From the NCBI GenBank assembly GCA_052327205.1, contig CM126214.1:32612001-32676000 (forward strand): a stretch of DNA of 64,000 nucleotides. The letters are read 5' to 3'. This DNA is from Somniosus microcephalus. Lineage: Eukaryota. The notes below the pieces were generated by a model. The model saw only the letters and a program-made list of their open reading frames with translations, searched no databases and was not told the origin of the DNA. This document shows, piece by piece, positions 42,001 to 57,000 of this stretch. The position numbers and the translations under genes were made by a program. Within the stretch, counting starts at the first letter, position 1; every line of letters starts with the position of its first letter.

Positions 42001-45000
42001 TTTTACAATGTGGAGTTGCATTAAAGAGAGCAAGTTGAAATTCTGAGTCATGCATCAAGAAACTGTATTTGATACGTCCATGCACAATATGGATTGCAGA
42101 ATTCACGCGCATAACTGATACTATTCTTTCAATAGGTGCATCAACTGCAGCCACCTCAACTACTTCTGGGTCAGCAGAAATAACATCTGCACAGGCAACA
42201 CCTTCATCTGGCAGTACAGTGCAGCCAACAAATTCCATATCAACAAGACCAAGCTCAGTAACAGAATCACCTTCACCAGGAAGCACAGCAGTGATATCAG
42301 TTACCAGTGAAAAAGGTAGGATGGAAACCATTGCAGCATTTTGTCGAACACTATTTGTCACGGCAAGGCTTTTAGAAATTCAGAAAAATGGATTGAAAAG
42401 TTCGCAAACATAGATATTATTACTGTTCTTTCAAAAGGTGCATCAAGTGTAGCAGCATCAACTCCAATCACATCATCTGCAGAAAAAACTCCACATTCAT
42501 CTGTGTTGCCCGTCAGTACAAATGAGGCAACAAATTCCCCACCAACACAATCGTCTCCATTAACAAGCAGTACTGGAACATTATTCACAACTGAAACAAG
42601 TCAGACAATGTCAATTATGAAATACATGGCGTACAATATGGAATTTACGGCCCAGAAAAATAAAAGCTTTTTTTCTTTCTAAAGGTGAGTCAAGTACAGT
42701 GCGATCATCTGCCATTGTGTCAACTCCATCATCTCCACTGTCAACATTGTCATCTTCTGGTACAGCAGTGACAACAAATTCTATATCAACACCACCAATT
42801 TCACAATCAGAATCATCTTCCCCGACAAGCACGACAGTGTCACTTGCTCCAAATGAAACAGGTACGAGTGAAATGATGACACCAAAATTTGTAAAACACT
42901 GCAATTAAGGTTATTGAGCTAAGAGTTTGTGAAAGGTTGGATTCGAAGGCAAAATTCCCCAGTTCCATGCTCCAGGCAGTTAGACGTCTTGAAGGCAGCA
43001 CTGCTCACAGAGAGGGCTGAAATCCTAATCGTGGAGGGCACAGTCACCTTAACCACAGATTCTCACTGGGGGCTTTGGACTACACAATCTGCCCTATAAA
43101 GATTGCAAAGGATAGAATTCCTTTCTTTCCAAATAGGAGTTCAGGACAGCTCCATTAACCATATTCCTTTCATTTACAGCAAGCATTACACAATTAACAT
43201 CTACATTGCTCAGTACAACAGAGCCAGCAAATTCATCACCAACACAATCGTCTTCAACAGCAAGCACTACTGTGACATTAAGCACAATGGAAACAAGTAA
43301 GTCAAAACAATTATACAACACATTGGGGAACAACAGTTTGCAGTTCTCTCTTTTAATTCATTGTTTGTTTTACAATGTGGAGTTGCATTAAAGAGAGCAA
43401 GTTGAAATTCTAAGTCATGCATCAAGAAACTGTATTTGATACGTCCATGCACAACATGATTGCAGAATTCACGCGCATAACTGATACTATTCTTTCAATA
43501 GGTGCATCTACTGCAGCCACATCAACTACTTCTGGGTCAGCAGAAATAACATCTGCACAGGCAACACCTTCATCTGGCAGTACAGTGCAGCCAACAAATT
43601 CCATATCAACAAGACCAAGCTCAGTAACACAATCACCTTCACCAGGAAGCACAACAGTGATATCAGTTACCAGTGAAAAAGGTAGGATGGAAACCATTGC
43701 AGCATTTTGTCGAACACTATTTGTCACGGCAAGGCTTTTAGAAATTCAGAAAAATGGATTGAAAAGTTCACAAACATAGATATTACTGTTCTTTCAAAAG
43801 GTGCGTCAAGTGTAGCAGCATCAACTCCAATCACATCATCTCCAGAAAAATCTCCACATTCATCTGTGTTGCCCGTCAGTACAAAAGAGACAACAAATTC
43901 CCCACCAACACAATCGTCTCCATTAACAAGCAGTACTGGAACATTATTCACAACTGAAACAATTAAGACAAAGTCAATTATGAAATACATGGTGTACAAG
44001 ATGGAATTTACGGCCCAGAAAAATAAAAGCTTTTTTTCTTTCTAAAGGTGGGTCAAGTACAGTGCGATCATCTGCCATCGTGTCAACGCCATCATCTCCA
44101 CTGTCAACATTGTCATCTTCTGGTACAGCAGTGAAAATAAATTATATATCAACGCCACCAATTTCACAACCAGAATCATCTTCCCCGACAAGCACGACAG
44201 TGACACTTGCTACAACTGAAACAGGTACGAGTGAAATGATGACACCACAATTTGTAAAACACTGCAAGTAAGGTTATTGAGCTAAGAATTTGTGAAAGGT
44301 TGGATTGGAAGGCAAAATTCCCCAGTTCCATGCTCCAGGCAGTTAGACGTCTTGAAGGCAGCACTGCTCACAGAGAGGGCTGTAATGCTGATCGTCGAGG
44401 CCACAGTCACCTTAACCACAGATTCCCACTGGGGGCTTTGGACTGTACAATCTGCCCTAAAAAGATTGCAAAGGGATAGAATTCTGTTCTTTCCAAAAAG
44501 GAGTTGAGGACAGCTCCATTAACCATATTCCTTTTCATTTACAGCAAGCATTACACAGTTAACATCTACATTGCTCAGTACAACAGAGCCAGCAAATTCA
44601 TCACCAACACAATCGTCTTCAACAGCAAGCACTACTGTGACATTAAGCACAACGGAAACAAGTAAGTCAAAACAATTAAACAACACATTGTGGAACTACA
44701 GTTTGCAGTTCTCTCTTTTAATTCATTGTTTGTTTTACAATGTGGAGTTGCATTAAAGAGAGCAAGTTGAAATTCTGCGTCATGCATCAGGAAACTGTAT
44801 TTGATACGTCCATGCACAACATGGATTGCAGAATCCACGCGCATAACTGATACTATTCTTTCAACAGGTGCATCAACTGCAGCCACATCAACTACTTCTG
44901 GGTCAGCAGAAATAACATCTGCACAGGCAACACCTTCATCTGGCAGTACAGTGCAGCCAACAAATTCCATATCAACAAGACCAAGCTCAGTAACACAATC

Positions 45001-48000
45001 ATCTTCACCAGGAAGCACAACAGTGACATCAGTTACCAGTGAAAAAGGTAGGATGGAAACCATTGCAGCACTTTGTCGAACACTATTTGTCACGGCAAGG
45101 CTTTTAGAAATTCAGAAAAATGGATTGAAAAGTTCACAAACATAGATATTACTTTTCTTTTAAAAGGTGCGTCAAGTGTAGCAGCATCAACTCCAATTGC
45201 ATTATCTCCAGAAAAAACTCCACATTCATCAGTGCTACCCGTCAGTACAAGAGAGACAGCAAATTCCCCACCAACACAATCGTCTCCATTAACAAGCAGT
45301 ACTGGAACATTATTCACAACTGAAACAAGTAAGACAAAGTCAATTATGCAATACATGGTGTACAAGATGGAATTTACGGCCCAGAAAAATAAAAGCTTTT
45401 TTTCTTTCTAAAGGTGGGTCAAGATCATCTGCCATTGTGTCAACTCCATCATCACCACTGTCAACATTGTCATCTTCTGGTACAGCAGTGACAATCAATT
45501 ATGTATCAACGCCACCAATTTCACAACCAGAATCATCTTCCCCGACAAGCACGACAGTGACACTTGCTACAACTGAAACAGGTACGAGTGAAATGATGAC
45601 ACCACAATTTGTAAAACACTGCAAGTAAGGTTATTGAGCTAAGAATTTGTGAAAGGTTGGATTCGAAGGCAAAATTCCGCAGTTCCATGCTGCAGGCAGT
45701 TAGACGTCTTGAAGGCAGCACTGCTCACAGAGAGGGCTGTAATCCTGATCGTCGAGGCCACAGTCACCTTAACCACAGATTCTCACTGGGGGCTTTGGAC
45801 TATACAATCTGCCCTATAAAGATTGCAAAGGGATAGAATTCCGTTCTTTCCAAAAAGGAGTTGAGGACAGCTCCATTAACCATATTCCTTTTCATTTACA
45901 GCAAGCATTACACAGTTAACATCTACATTGCTCAGTACAACAGAGCCAGCAAATTCATCACCAACACAATCGTCTTCAACAGCAAGCACTACTGTGACAT
46001 TAAGCACAACGGAAACAAGTAAGACAAAACAATTATACAACACATTGGGGAACAACAGTTTGCAGTTCTCTCTTTTAATTCATTGTTTGTTTTACAATGT
46101 GGAGTTGCATTAAAGAGAGCAAGTTGAAATTCTGAGTCATGCATCAAGAAACTTTGGCCTAGAAATTCTGTGGGCTTTGCGCCCAGTTAAGGCCCAAAGA
46201 GGGCTTCTGCACCAGTAGAGGAGGTTGCGCTGATATTGAGCTCGGCGGTAATAGCGGCGGTAGCCGGTAGCGCTGCGCCGGCACCGATGACATCATCGGT
46301 GTGCGCAGTGCCCCGTTTCTGCCCCGATGCCGGCCCGACCCCCATATTCAGTTGCCGCCGCCTCCTCTGTGGCGGCCGCCACTAACCTCCGGAGACCAGG
46401 GCCTTACTGCAGCCTTAGCGGGGCGCATAAAGGTGGAGGAGCGGCCGGCCGCTTTTTCGGCAGCCGCCTACCCGCACCTCCATCCCCGGCCTCCTCCACC
46501 ACCCCCCATTGCCGGCTGCTTTCCACGAGCCCGGCACTTCTCCGTGGTGCCAGGCTCATTTGCCGGCACAATCCAGCGGCGATCTCCCCGTTGCAGGCAC
46601 CTCCACCTTAAGAGAAAGAGGAGGCCTGCAGTACCGCAGCCTGCCGCACCGCATCGGGTGGCGCAGCGGCACCTAGAGCGCAGAAATTCAGTTTCAGCGC
46701 CCCAAGCGGGGGCGGGCACACCCTGGAATAGCGCCCAGTTCCGACTTGGGGCGCAAAAACTGAATATCTGACGGTCGCAACTGACTCCGCGCCCAGCGCT
46801 AACTTTTGGGTGCTAGCCAGCTTGCGGGGCCATAGTGAATTTCTAGGCCTGTATTTGATACGTCCATGCACAACATGGATTGCAGAATTCACGCGCATAA
46901 CTGATACTATTCTTTCAATAGGTGCATCAACTGCGGCCACATCAACTACTTCTGGGTCAGCAGAAATAACATCTGCACAGGCAACATCGTCATCTGGCAG
47001 TACAGTGCAGCCAACAAATTCCATATCAACAAGACCAAGCTCAGTAACACAATCATCTTCACCAGGAAGCACAACAGTGATATCAGTTACCAGTGAAAAA
47101 GGTAGGATGGAAACCATTGCAGCATTTTGTCGAACACTATTTGTCACGGCAAGGCTTTTAGAAATTCAGAAAAATGGATTGAAAAATTCACAAACATAGA
47201 CATTACTGTTCTTTCAAAAGGTGCATCTAGTGTAGCAGCATCAACTCCGATCACATCATCTCCAGAAAAAACTCCACATTCATCTGTGTTGCCCGTCAGT
47301 ACAAAAGAGGCAACAAATTCCCCACCAACACAATCGTCTCCATTAACAAGCAGTACTGGAACATTATTCACAACTGAAACAAGTAAGACAAAGTCAATTA
47401 TGCAATACATGGTGTACAAGATGGAATTTACGGCCCAGAAAAATAAAAGCTTTTTTTCTTTCTAAAGGTGGGTCAAGTAGAGTGCAATCATCTGCCATTG
47501 TGTCAACTCCATCATCTCCACTGTCAACATTGTCATCTTCTGGTACAGCAGTGACAATAAATTATGTATCAACGCCACCAATTTCACAACCAGAATCATC
47601 TTCCCCGACAAGCACGACAGTGACACTTGCTACAACTGAAACAGGTACGAGTGAAATGATGACACCACAATTTGTAAAACACTGCAAGTAAGGTTATTGA
47701 GCTAAGAATTTGTGAAAGGTTGGATTCGAAGGCAAAATTCCGTAGTTCCATGCTCCAGGCAGTTAGACGTCTTGAAGGCAGCACTGCTCACAGAGAGGGC
47801 TGTAATCCTGATCGTCGAGGCCACAGTCACCTTAACCACAGATTCTCACTGGGGGCTTTCGACGATACAATCTGCCGTATAAAGATTGCAAAGGGATAGA
47901 ATTCCATTCTTTCCAAAAAGGAGTTGAGGACAGCTCCATTAACCATATTCCTTTTCATTTACAGCAAGCATTACACAGTTAACATCTACATTGCTCAGTA

Positions 48001-51000
48001 CAACAGAGCCAGCAAATTCATCACCAACACAATCGTCTTCAACAGCAAGCACTACTGTGACATTAAGCACAACGGAAACAAGTAAGTCAAAACAATTATA
48101 CAACACATTGGGGAACAACAGTTTGCAGTTCTCTCTTTTAATTCATTGTTTGTTTTAAAATGTGGAGTTGCATTAAAGAGAGCAAGTTGAAATTCTGAGT
48201 CATGCATCAAGAAACTGTATTTGATACATCCATGCACAACATGGATTGCAGAATTCACGCGCATAACTGATTCTATTCTTTCAATAGGTTCATCAACTGC
48301 AGCCACATCAACTACTTCTGGGTCAGCAGAAATAACATCTGCACAGGCAACACCTTCATCTGGCAGTACAGTGCAGCCAACAAATTCCATATCAACAAGA
48401 CCAAGCTCAGTAACACAATCATCTTCACCAGGAAGCACAACAGTGACATCAGTTACCAGTGAAAAAGGTAGGATGGAATCCATTGCAGCACTTTGTCGAA
48501 CACTAGTTGTCACGGCAAGGCTTTTAGAAATTCAGAAAAATGGATTGAAAAGTTCCCATACTTAGATATTACTGTTCTTTCAAAAGGTGCATCAAGTGTA
48601 GCAGCATCAACTCCAATCACATCATCTCCAGAAAAAACTCCACATTCATCTGTGTTGCCCGTCAGTACAAAAGAGACAACAAATTCCCCACCAACACAAT
48701 CGTCTCCATTAACAAGCAGTACTGGAACATTATTCCGAACTGCAACAAGTAAGACGAAGTCAATTATGAAATACATGGTGTACAAGATGGAATTTACGGC
48801 CCAGAAAAATAAAAGCTTTTTTTCTTTCTAAAGGTGGGTCAAGTAGAGTGCGATCATCTGCCATTGTGTCAAGTCCATCATCTCCACTGTCAACATTGTC
48901 ATCTTCTGGTACAGCAGTGACAATAAATTCTATATCAACGCCACCAATTTCACAACCAGAATCATCTTCTCCGACAAGCACGACAGTGACACTTGCTACA
49001 ACTGAAACAGGTACGAGTGAAATGATGACACCACAATTTGTAAAACACTGCAAGTAAGGTTATTGAGATAAGAATTTGTGAAAGGTTGGATTCGAAGGCA
49101 AAATTCCGTAGTTCCATGCTCCAGGCAGTTAGACGTCTTGAAGGCAGCACTGCTCACAGAGAGGGCTGTAATGTTGATCGTCGAGGCCACAGTCACCTTA
49201 ACCACAGATTCCCACTGGGGGCTTTGGACTATACAATCTGCCCTAAAAAGATTGCAAAGGGAGAGAATTCTGTTCTTTCCAAAAAGGAGTTGAGGACAGC
49301 TCCATTAACCATATTCCTTTTCATTTACAGCAAGCATTACACAGTTAACATCTACATTGCTCAGTACAACAGAGCCAGCAAATTCATCACCAACACAATC
49401 GTCTTCAACAGCAAGCACTACTGTGACATTAAGCACAACGGAAACAAGTAAGTCAAAACAATTAAACAACACATTGTGGAACTACAGTTTGCAGTTCTCT
49501 CTTTTAATTCATTGTTTGTTTTACAATGTGGAGTTGCATTAAAGAGAGCAAGTTGAAATTCTGAGTCATGCATCAGGAAACTGTATTTGATACGTCCATG
49601 CACAACATGGATTGCAGAATTCACGCGCATAACTGATACTATTCTTTCAACAGGTGCATCAACTGCAGCCACATCAACTACTTCTGGGTCAGCAGAAATA
49701 ACATCTGCACAGGCAACACCTTCATCTGGCAGTACAGTGCAGCCAACAAATTCCATATCAACAAGACCAAGCTCAGTAACACAATCATCTTCACCAGGAA
49801 GCACAACAGTGACATCAGTTACCAGTGAAAAAGGTAGGATGGAAACCATTGCAGCACTTTGTCGAACACTATTTGTCACGGCAAGGCTTTTAGAAATTCA
49901 GAAAAATGGATTGAAAAGTTCACAAACATAGATATTACTTTCCTTTTAAAAGGTGCGTCAAGTGTAGCAGCATCAACTCCAATTGCATTATCTCCAGAAA
50001 AAACTCCACATTCATCAGTGCTACCCGTCAGTACAAGAGAGACAGCAAATTCCCCACCAACACAATCGTCTCCATTAACAAGCAGTACTGGAACATTATT
50101 CACAACTGAAACAAGTAAGACAAAGTCAATTATGCAATACATGGTGTACAAGATGGAATTTACGGCCCAGAAAAATAAAAGCTTTTTTTCTTTCTAAAGG
50201 TGGGTCAAGTACAGTGCGATCATCTGCCATTTTGTCAACTCCATCATCTCCACTTTCAACATTGTCATCTTCTGGTACAGCAGTGACAACAAATTCTATA
50301 TCAACGCCACCAATTTCACAACCAGAATCATCTTCCCCGACAAGCACGACAGTGACACTTGCTACAACTGAAACAGGTACGAGTGAAATGATGACACCAC
50401 AATTTGTAAAGCTCTGCAAGTAAGGTTATTGAGCAAAGAATTTGTGAAAGGTTGGATTCGAAGGCAAAATTCCTCAGTTCCATCCTCCAGGCAGTTAGAC
50501 GTTTTGAAGGCAGCACTGCTCACAGAGAGGGCTGTAATCTTGATCGTCGAGGCCACAGTCACCTTAACCACAGATTCTCACTGGGGGCTTTGGACTATAC
50601 AATCTGCCCTATAAAGATTGCAAAGGGATAGAATTCCGTTCTTTCCAAAAGGAGTTAAGGACAGCACCATTAACCATATTCCTTTTCATTTACAGCAAGC
50701 ATTACACAATTAACATCTACATTGCTCAGTACAACAGAGCCAGCAAACTCATCACCAACACAATCGTCTTCAGCAGCAAGCACTACTGTGAAATTAAGCA
50801 GAACGGAAAAAAGTAAGTCAAAACAATTATACAACACATTGGGGGACAACAGTTTGCAGTTCTCTCTTTTAATTCATTGTTTGTTTTACAATGTGGAGTT
50901 GCATTAAAGAGAGCAAGTTGAAATTCTGAGTCATGCATCAAGAAGCTTTGGCCTAGAAATTCAGTGGGCTTTGCGCCCAGTTAAGGCCCAAAGACGGCTT

Positions 51001-54000
51001 CTGCGCCAGTAGAGGAGGTTGCGCTGATATTGAGATCGGCGGTAATGGCGGCGGTAGCCGGTAGCGCTGCGCCGGCACCGATGACGTCATCGGTGTGCGC
51101 AGTGCCCCGTTTCTGCCCCGATGCCGGCCCGACCCCCATATTCAGTTGCCGCCGCCTCCTCCGTGGCGGCCGCTACTAACATCCGGAGACCAGGGCCTTA
51201 CTGCAGCCTTAGTGGGGCGCATAAAGGTGGAGGTGCGGCCGGCCTCTTTTTCGGCAGCCGCCTGCCCGCACCTCCATCCCCGGCCTCCTCCACCACCACC
51301 CCCCCGCGGCATTGCCGGCTGCTTTCCGCGAGCCCGGCACTTCTCCGTGGTGCCGGGCTCATTTGCCAGCACAATCCAGCGGCGATCTCCCCGTTGCAGG
51401 CACCTCCACCTTAAGAGAAGGAGGAGGCCTGCAGTACCGCAGCCTGCCGCACCGCATCGGGTGGCGCAGCGGCAGCTAGGGCGCTGAAATTCAGTTTCAG
51501 CGCCCCATGCGGGGGCGGGCACACCCTGGAATAGCGCCCGGTTCCGACTTGGGGCGCAAAAACTGAATATCTGACGGTCGCAACTGACTCCGCGCCCAGT
51601 GCTAACTTTTGGGCGCTAGCCAGCTGGCGGGGCCATAGTGAATTTCTAGGCCTGTATTTGATACGTCCATGCACAACATGGATTGCAGAATTCACGCGCA
51701 TAACTGATACTATCCTTTCAATAGGTGCATCAACTGCAGCCACATCAACTACTTCTGGGTCAGCAGAAATAACATCTGCACAGGCAACATCTTCATCTGG
51801 CAGTACAGTGCTGCCAACAAATTCCATATCAACAAGACCAAGCTCAGTAACACAATCATCTTCACCAGGAAGCACAACAGTGATATCAGTTACCAGTGAA
51901 AAAGGTAGGATGGAAACCATTGCAGCATTTTGTCGAACACTATTTGTCACGGCAAGGCTTTTAGAAATTCAGAAAAATGGATTGAAAAATTCACAAACAT
52001 AGACATTACTGTTCTTTCAAAAGGTGCATCAAGTGCAGCAGCATCAACTCCAATCACATCATCTCCAGAAAAAACTCCACATTCATCTGTGTTGCCCGTC
52101 AGTACAAAAGAGACAACAAATTCCCCACCAACACAATCGGCTACATTAACAAGCAGTACTGGAACATTATTCACAACTGAAACAAGTAAGACAAGTCAAT
52201 TATGCAATACATGGTGTACAAGATGGAATTTACGGCCCAGAAAAATAAAAGCTTTTTTTCTTTCTAAAGGTGGGTCAAGATCATCTGCCATTGTGTCAAC
52301 TCCATCATCACCACTGTCAACATTGTCATCTTCTGGTACAGCAGTGACAACAAATTATGTATCAACGCCACCAATTTCACAACCAGAATCATCTTCCCCG
52401 ACAAGCACGACAGTGACACTTGCTACAACTGAAACAGGTACGAGTGAAATGATGACACAATAATTTGTAAAACACTGCAAGTAAGTTTATTCAGCTAAGA
52501 ATTTGTGAAAGGTTGGATTCGAAGGCAAAATTCCGCAGTTCCATGCTGCAGGCAGTTAGACGTCTTGAAGGCAGCACTGCTCACAGAGAGGGCTGTAATC
52601 CTGATCGTCGAGGCCACAGTCACCTTAACCACAGATTCTCACTGGGGGCTTTGGACTATACAATCTGCCCTATAAAGATTGCAAAGGGATAGAATTCCGT
52701 TCTTTCCAAAAAGGAGTTGAGGACAGCTCCATTAACCATATTCCTTTTCATTTACAGCAAGCATTACACAATTAACATCCACATTGCTCAGTACAACAGA
52801 GCCAGCAAATTCATCACCAACACAATCGTCTTCAACAGCAAGCACTACTGTGACATTAAGCACAACGGAAACAAGTAAGTCAAAACAATTATACAACACA
52901 TTGGGGAACAACAGTTTGCAGTTCTCTCTTTTAATTCATTGTTTGTTTTACAATGTGGAGTTGCATTAAAGAGAGCAAGTTGAAATTCTGAGTCATGCAT
53001 CAAGAAACTGTATTTGATACATCCATGCACAACATGGATTGCAGAATTCACGTGCATAACTGATACTATTCTTTCAATAGGTGCATCAACTGCAGCCACA
53101 TCAACTACTTCTCGGTCAGCAGAAATAACATCTGCACAGGCAACATCTTCATCTGGCAGTACAGTGCAGCCAACAAATTCAATATCAACAAGACCAAGCT
53201 CAGTACCACAATCATCTTCACCAGGAAGCACAACAGTGACATCAGTTCCCAGTGAAACAGGTAGGATGGAAACCATTGCAGCACTTTGTCGAACACTATT
53301 TGTCACGGCAAGGCTTTTAGAAATTCAGAAAAATGGATTGAAAAGTTCACAAACTTAGATATTACTGTTCTTTCAAAAGGTGCATCAAGTGTAGCAGCAT
53401 CAACTCCAATCACATCATCTCCAGAAAAAACTCCACATTCATCTGTGTTGCCCGTCAGTACAAAAGAGACAACAAATTCCCCACCAACACAATCGTCTCC
53501 ATTAACAAGCAGTACTGGAACATTATTCAGAACTGAAACAAGTAAGACAAAGTCAATTATGAAATACATGGTGTACAAGATGGAATTTACGGCCCAGAAA
53601 AATAAAAGCTTTTTTTCTTTCTAAAGGTGGGTCAAGTACAGTGCGATCATCTGCCATTGTGTCAAGTCCATCATCTCCACTGTCAACATTGTCATCTTCT
53701 GGTACAGCAGTGACAATAAATTCTATATCAACGCCACCAATTTCACAACCAGAATCATCTTCCCCGACAAGCACGACAGTGACACTTGCTACAACTGAAA
53801 CAGGTACGAGTGAAATGATGACACCACAATTTGTAAAACACTGCAAGTAAGGTTATTGATCTAAGAATTTGTGAAAGGTTGGATTCGAAGGCAAAATTCC
53901 CCAGTTCCATGCTCGAGGCAGTTAGACGTCTTGAAGGCAGCACTGCTCACAGAGAGGGCTGTAATGCTGATCGTCGAGGCCACAGTCACCTTAACCACAG

Positions 54001-57000
54001 ATTCTCACTGGGGGCTTTGGACTATACAATCTGCCCTATAAAGATAGCAAAGGGATAGAATTCCGTTCTTTCCAAAAAGGAGTTGAGGACAGCTCCATTA
54101 ACCATCTTCCTTTTCATTTACAGCAAGCATTACACAATTAACATCTACATTGCTCAGTACAACAGAGCCAGCCAATTCATCACCAACACAATCGTCTTCA
54201 ACAGCAAGCACTACTGTGACATTAAGCACAACGGAAACAAGTAAGTCAAAACAATTATCCAACACATTGTGGAACAACAGTTTGCAGTTCTCTCTTTTAA
54301 TTCATTGTTTGTTTTACAATGTGGAGTTGCATTAAAGAGAGCAAGTTGAAATTCTGAGTCATGCATCAAGAAACTGTATTTGATACATCCATGCACAACA
54401 TGGATTGCAGAATTCACGTGCATAACTGATACTATTCTTTCAATAGGTGCATCAACTGCGGCCACATCAACTACTTCTGGGTCAGCAGAAATAACATCTG
54501 CACAGGCAACATCTTCATCTGGCAGTACAGTGCAGCCAACAAATTCCATATCAACAAGACCAAGCTCAGTAACACAATCATCTTCACCAGGAAGCACAAC
54601 AGTGATATCAGTTACCAATGAAAAAGGTAGGATGGAAACCATTGCAGCATTTTGTCGAACACTATTTGTCACGGCAAGGCTTTTAGAAATTCAGAAAAAT
54701 GGATTGAAAAATTCACAAACATAGACATTACTGTTCTTTCAAAAGGTGCATCAAGTGTAGCAGCATCAACTCCAATCACATCATCTCCAGAAAAAACTCC
54801 ACATTCGTCAGTGTTACCCGTCAGTACAAGAGAGACAACAAATTCCCCACCAACACAATCGTCTCCATTAACAAGCAGTACTGGAACATTATTCACAACT
54901 GAAACAAGTAAGACAAAGTCAATTATGAAATACATGGGGCTGGATTTTCAGTTGCTTGCGCCAGCAGTTAGCGCCTTAAGAGAAGTGAATTTCGGGCGCT
55001 ATGCGTGTAGCGCCCGGGTGCAGCGCAGTTTGCGCCTCGCCCCAAATTAAGTTGGCCGTTAGCGCCGGCGCAAAGTTTAGCGCCCGCCCGGATGCGCGCG
55101 CAGAAAATGACATCACATCCTCGTGCAACGCCCTTTGGCCGCCCCGATTCCAAACTCCAGTCGGACCGCCCCATTGTGCAGCTGGCGGCCGGAGCGTTTG
55201 AAAAAAGGAACGCAACACAACCAGCGCGGGCCCCGGGGGGTGCAAATTAAAGGGGACGTACCCTCCAGTATAAAGCGCAGCCATTTTGCAGCAAACACTC
55301 TTGTGCAACGCATTTCTGGACACACAACAAGGAGGATAGCTAACTGGTTTCAAGCAGCAACAGCTCAGGTATTTTTGGACTCAGGCCAGAGCGCTGCAAG
55401 TGGCCTTTTGGAAATTTGACTGTTTGCCAGGATTTGATGGGGGTTGCATGGGGTGCCAACGCGGAGCTGCAGCGCCATGTCCGTAGGGCTCGCAGACGCA
55501 TTGTGAGAGGGGCAGCCCTGGCTAGAGGCAGAGGCGGCTACAGGCGTCGGCCACGTAGGCCTTACCCAGTCAGGCTATACGCCAGCAGCGCTCCTACCTC
55601 AACATGACTGACGCGCGATGTGTTAGAAGGCTCCGATTCCGAAAGGAGGTGGTTGCAGAGATCTGCCACCTGCTTCGCAGAGATCTGCGTCCAAAGCTCA
55701 GGTGCAGGACGTCTCTGTCGGTGGAAGTGAAGGTGACGGTGGCATTGAACTTCTATGCCACCGGCTCCTTCCAATCCGCTGCTGGGGACATAGCAAACAT
55801 CTCCCAGTACGGCGCGCATCGCTGCATCCGCCAGGTGACCGAAGCACTGTTCAGAAGGAGAAGCCAATTCATCTCCTTCCCCATGGCCCTGCAGAGCCAG
55901 CATCAGCGCACCTTGGGATTTGCAAGACTCGGGGACTTCCCCTTGGTGCAGGGCGCTATTGACTGTACGCATGTGGCTTTGCGGGCCCCTCTGGAGCATG
56001 GCGAGCAGTATCGCAACAGGAAGGGCTACCATTCTCTGAATGTGCAGCTGGTGTGTGACCACAAGCAGCGCATCATGGCTGTCAATGCCAGCTTCCCAGG
56101 CAGCAGCCACGATGCGTTTATCCTGCGCCAGAGTACTGTGCATGACATGTTCGAGGCACAGCCTCCCCCAAGAGGATGGCTACTCGGGGACAAAGGCTAT
56201 CCTTTGTGTACCTGGCTCATGACCCCGCTCCGCGCGCCCAGGACCGCTGCTGAAGAGGCCTACAACGAGAGCCATCAAACCACCCGCAACATCATCGAGC
56301 AAACTATTGGGGTCCTAAAGCAGCGGTTCCGCTGCCTTGATCACTCCGGAGGAGCTCTGCAGTATTCGCCGGACCGGGTCTCCCAATTTGTGGTAGTTTG
56401 CTGCATGCTACACAACCTGGCTATCCGCAGGACCCAGGCACTGCCACCTGACGTTGGAGCAGTACCTCAGGAGGAGGAGCAGGAGGAGCAGGAGGAGGAG
56501 GAGGAGGAGCAGGAGTACGTTCCCAGGAGGGAGCGACCAGGGCCAAGGGCCGCGCGACGCCACCTTATTACACGTTACTTCTAAGCCCCCTGTCAGGGAA
56601 TGCCTTGTGGCCATGAGGGAAGATGAATGCAGCCGCTCCGCAAGCCCTCAGCCGGCGATGCCACCAAACACTAACAAGAACAACCATGGAGACTGTATGA
56701 ATAAAGATAATTATTTATTACACAAAAATGAAAACCCCTTCCCACATGAATCCCCAAAAACAATCAACGGGCCCCACAAAAAGCCCAACAAACGACTCAC
56801 TCCCACAAACTGGGGAGGAGTAACTCCACATTTGTACAAACCTGGCCTCAACCTCGGCCTTAACACAAAAAATAAGCCCATGAACCAAACAACCATGGGC
56901 AAAAGAAAGATGGCCACCGCCATATAAAACGAAAGCTGGCCACACCCTCTACTGAGTGGCCCGCGAGGGCGAGACCTTGTCCAGCCTTTTGCCTCCCCTG

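Larger units (their letters stand above)
17600..48360 (+). repeat. Higher-order repeat: three copies of a ~8.9-kb six-unit + MITE block (~17.6-26.5, ~30.6-39.5, ~39.5-48.4 kb; borders approximate)
   Basis: Diagnostic unit variants and the MITE recur at offsets 12987 then 8886 (19966/32953/41839; 24283/37270/46156). Confidence 0.88.

Noticed and set aside
55604-56584. Domesticated host gene HARBI1
   Set aside because: It is flanked by TIRs and a TSD, paired with a Myb-like gene, and inserted in one array unit whose empty site is visible in the others.
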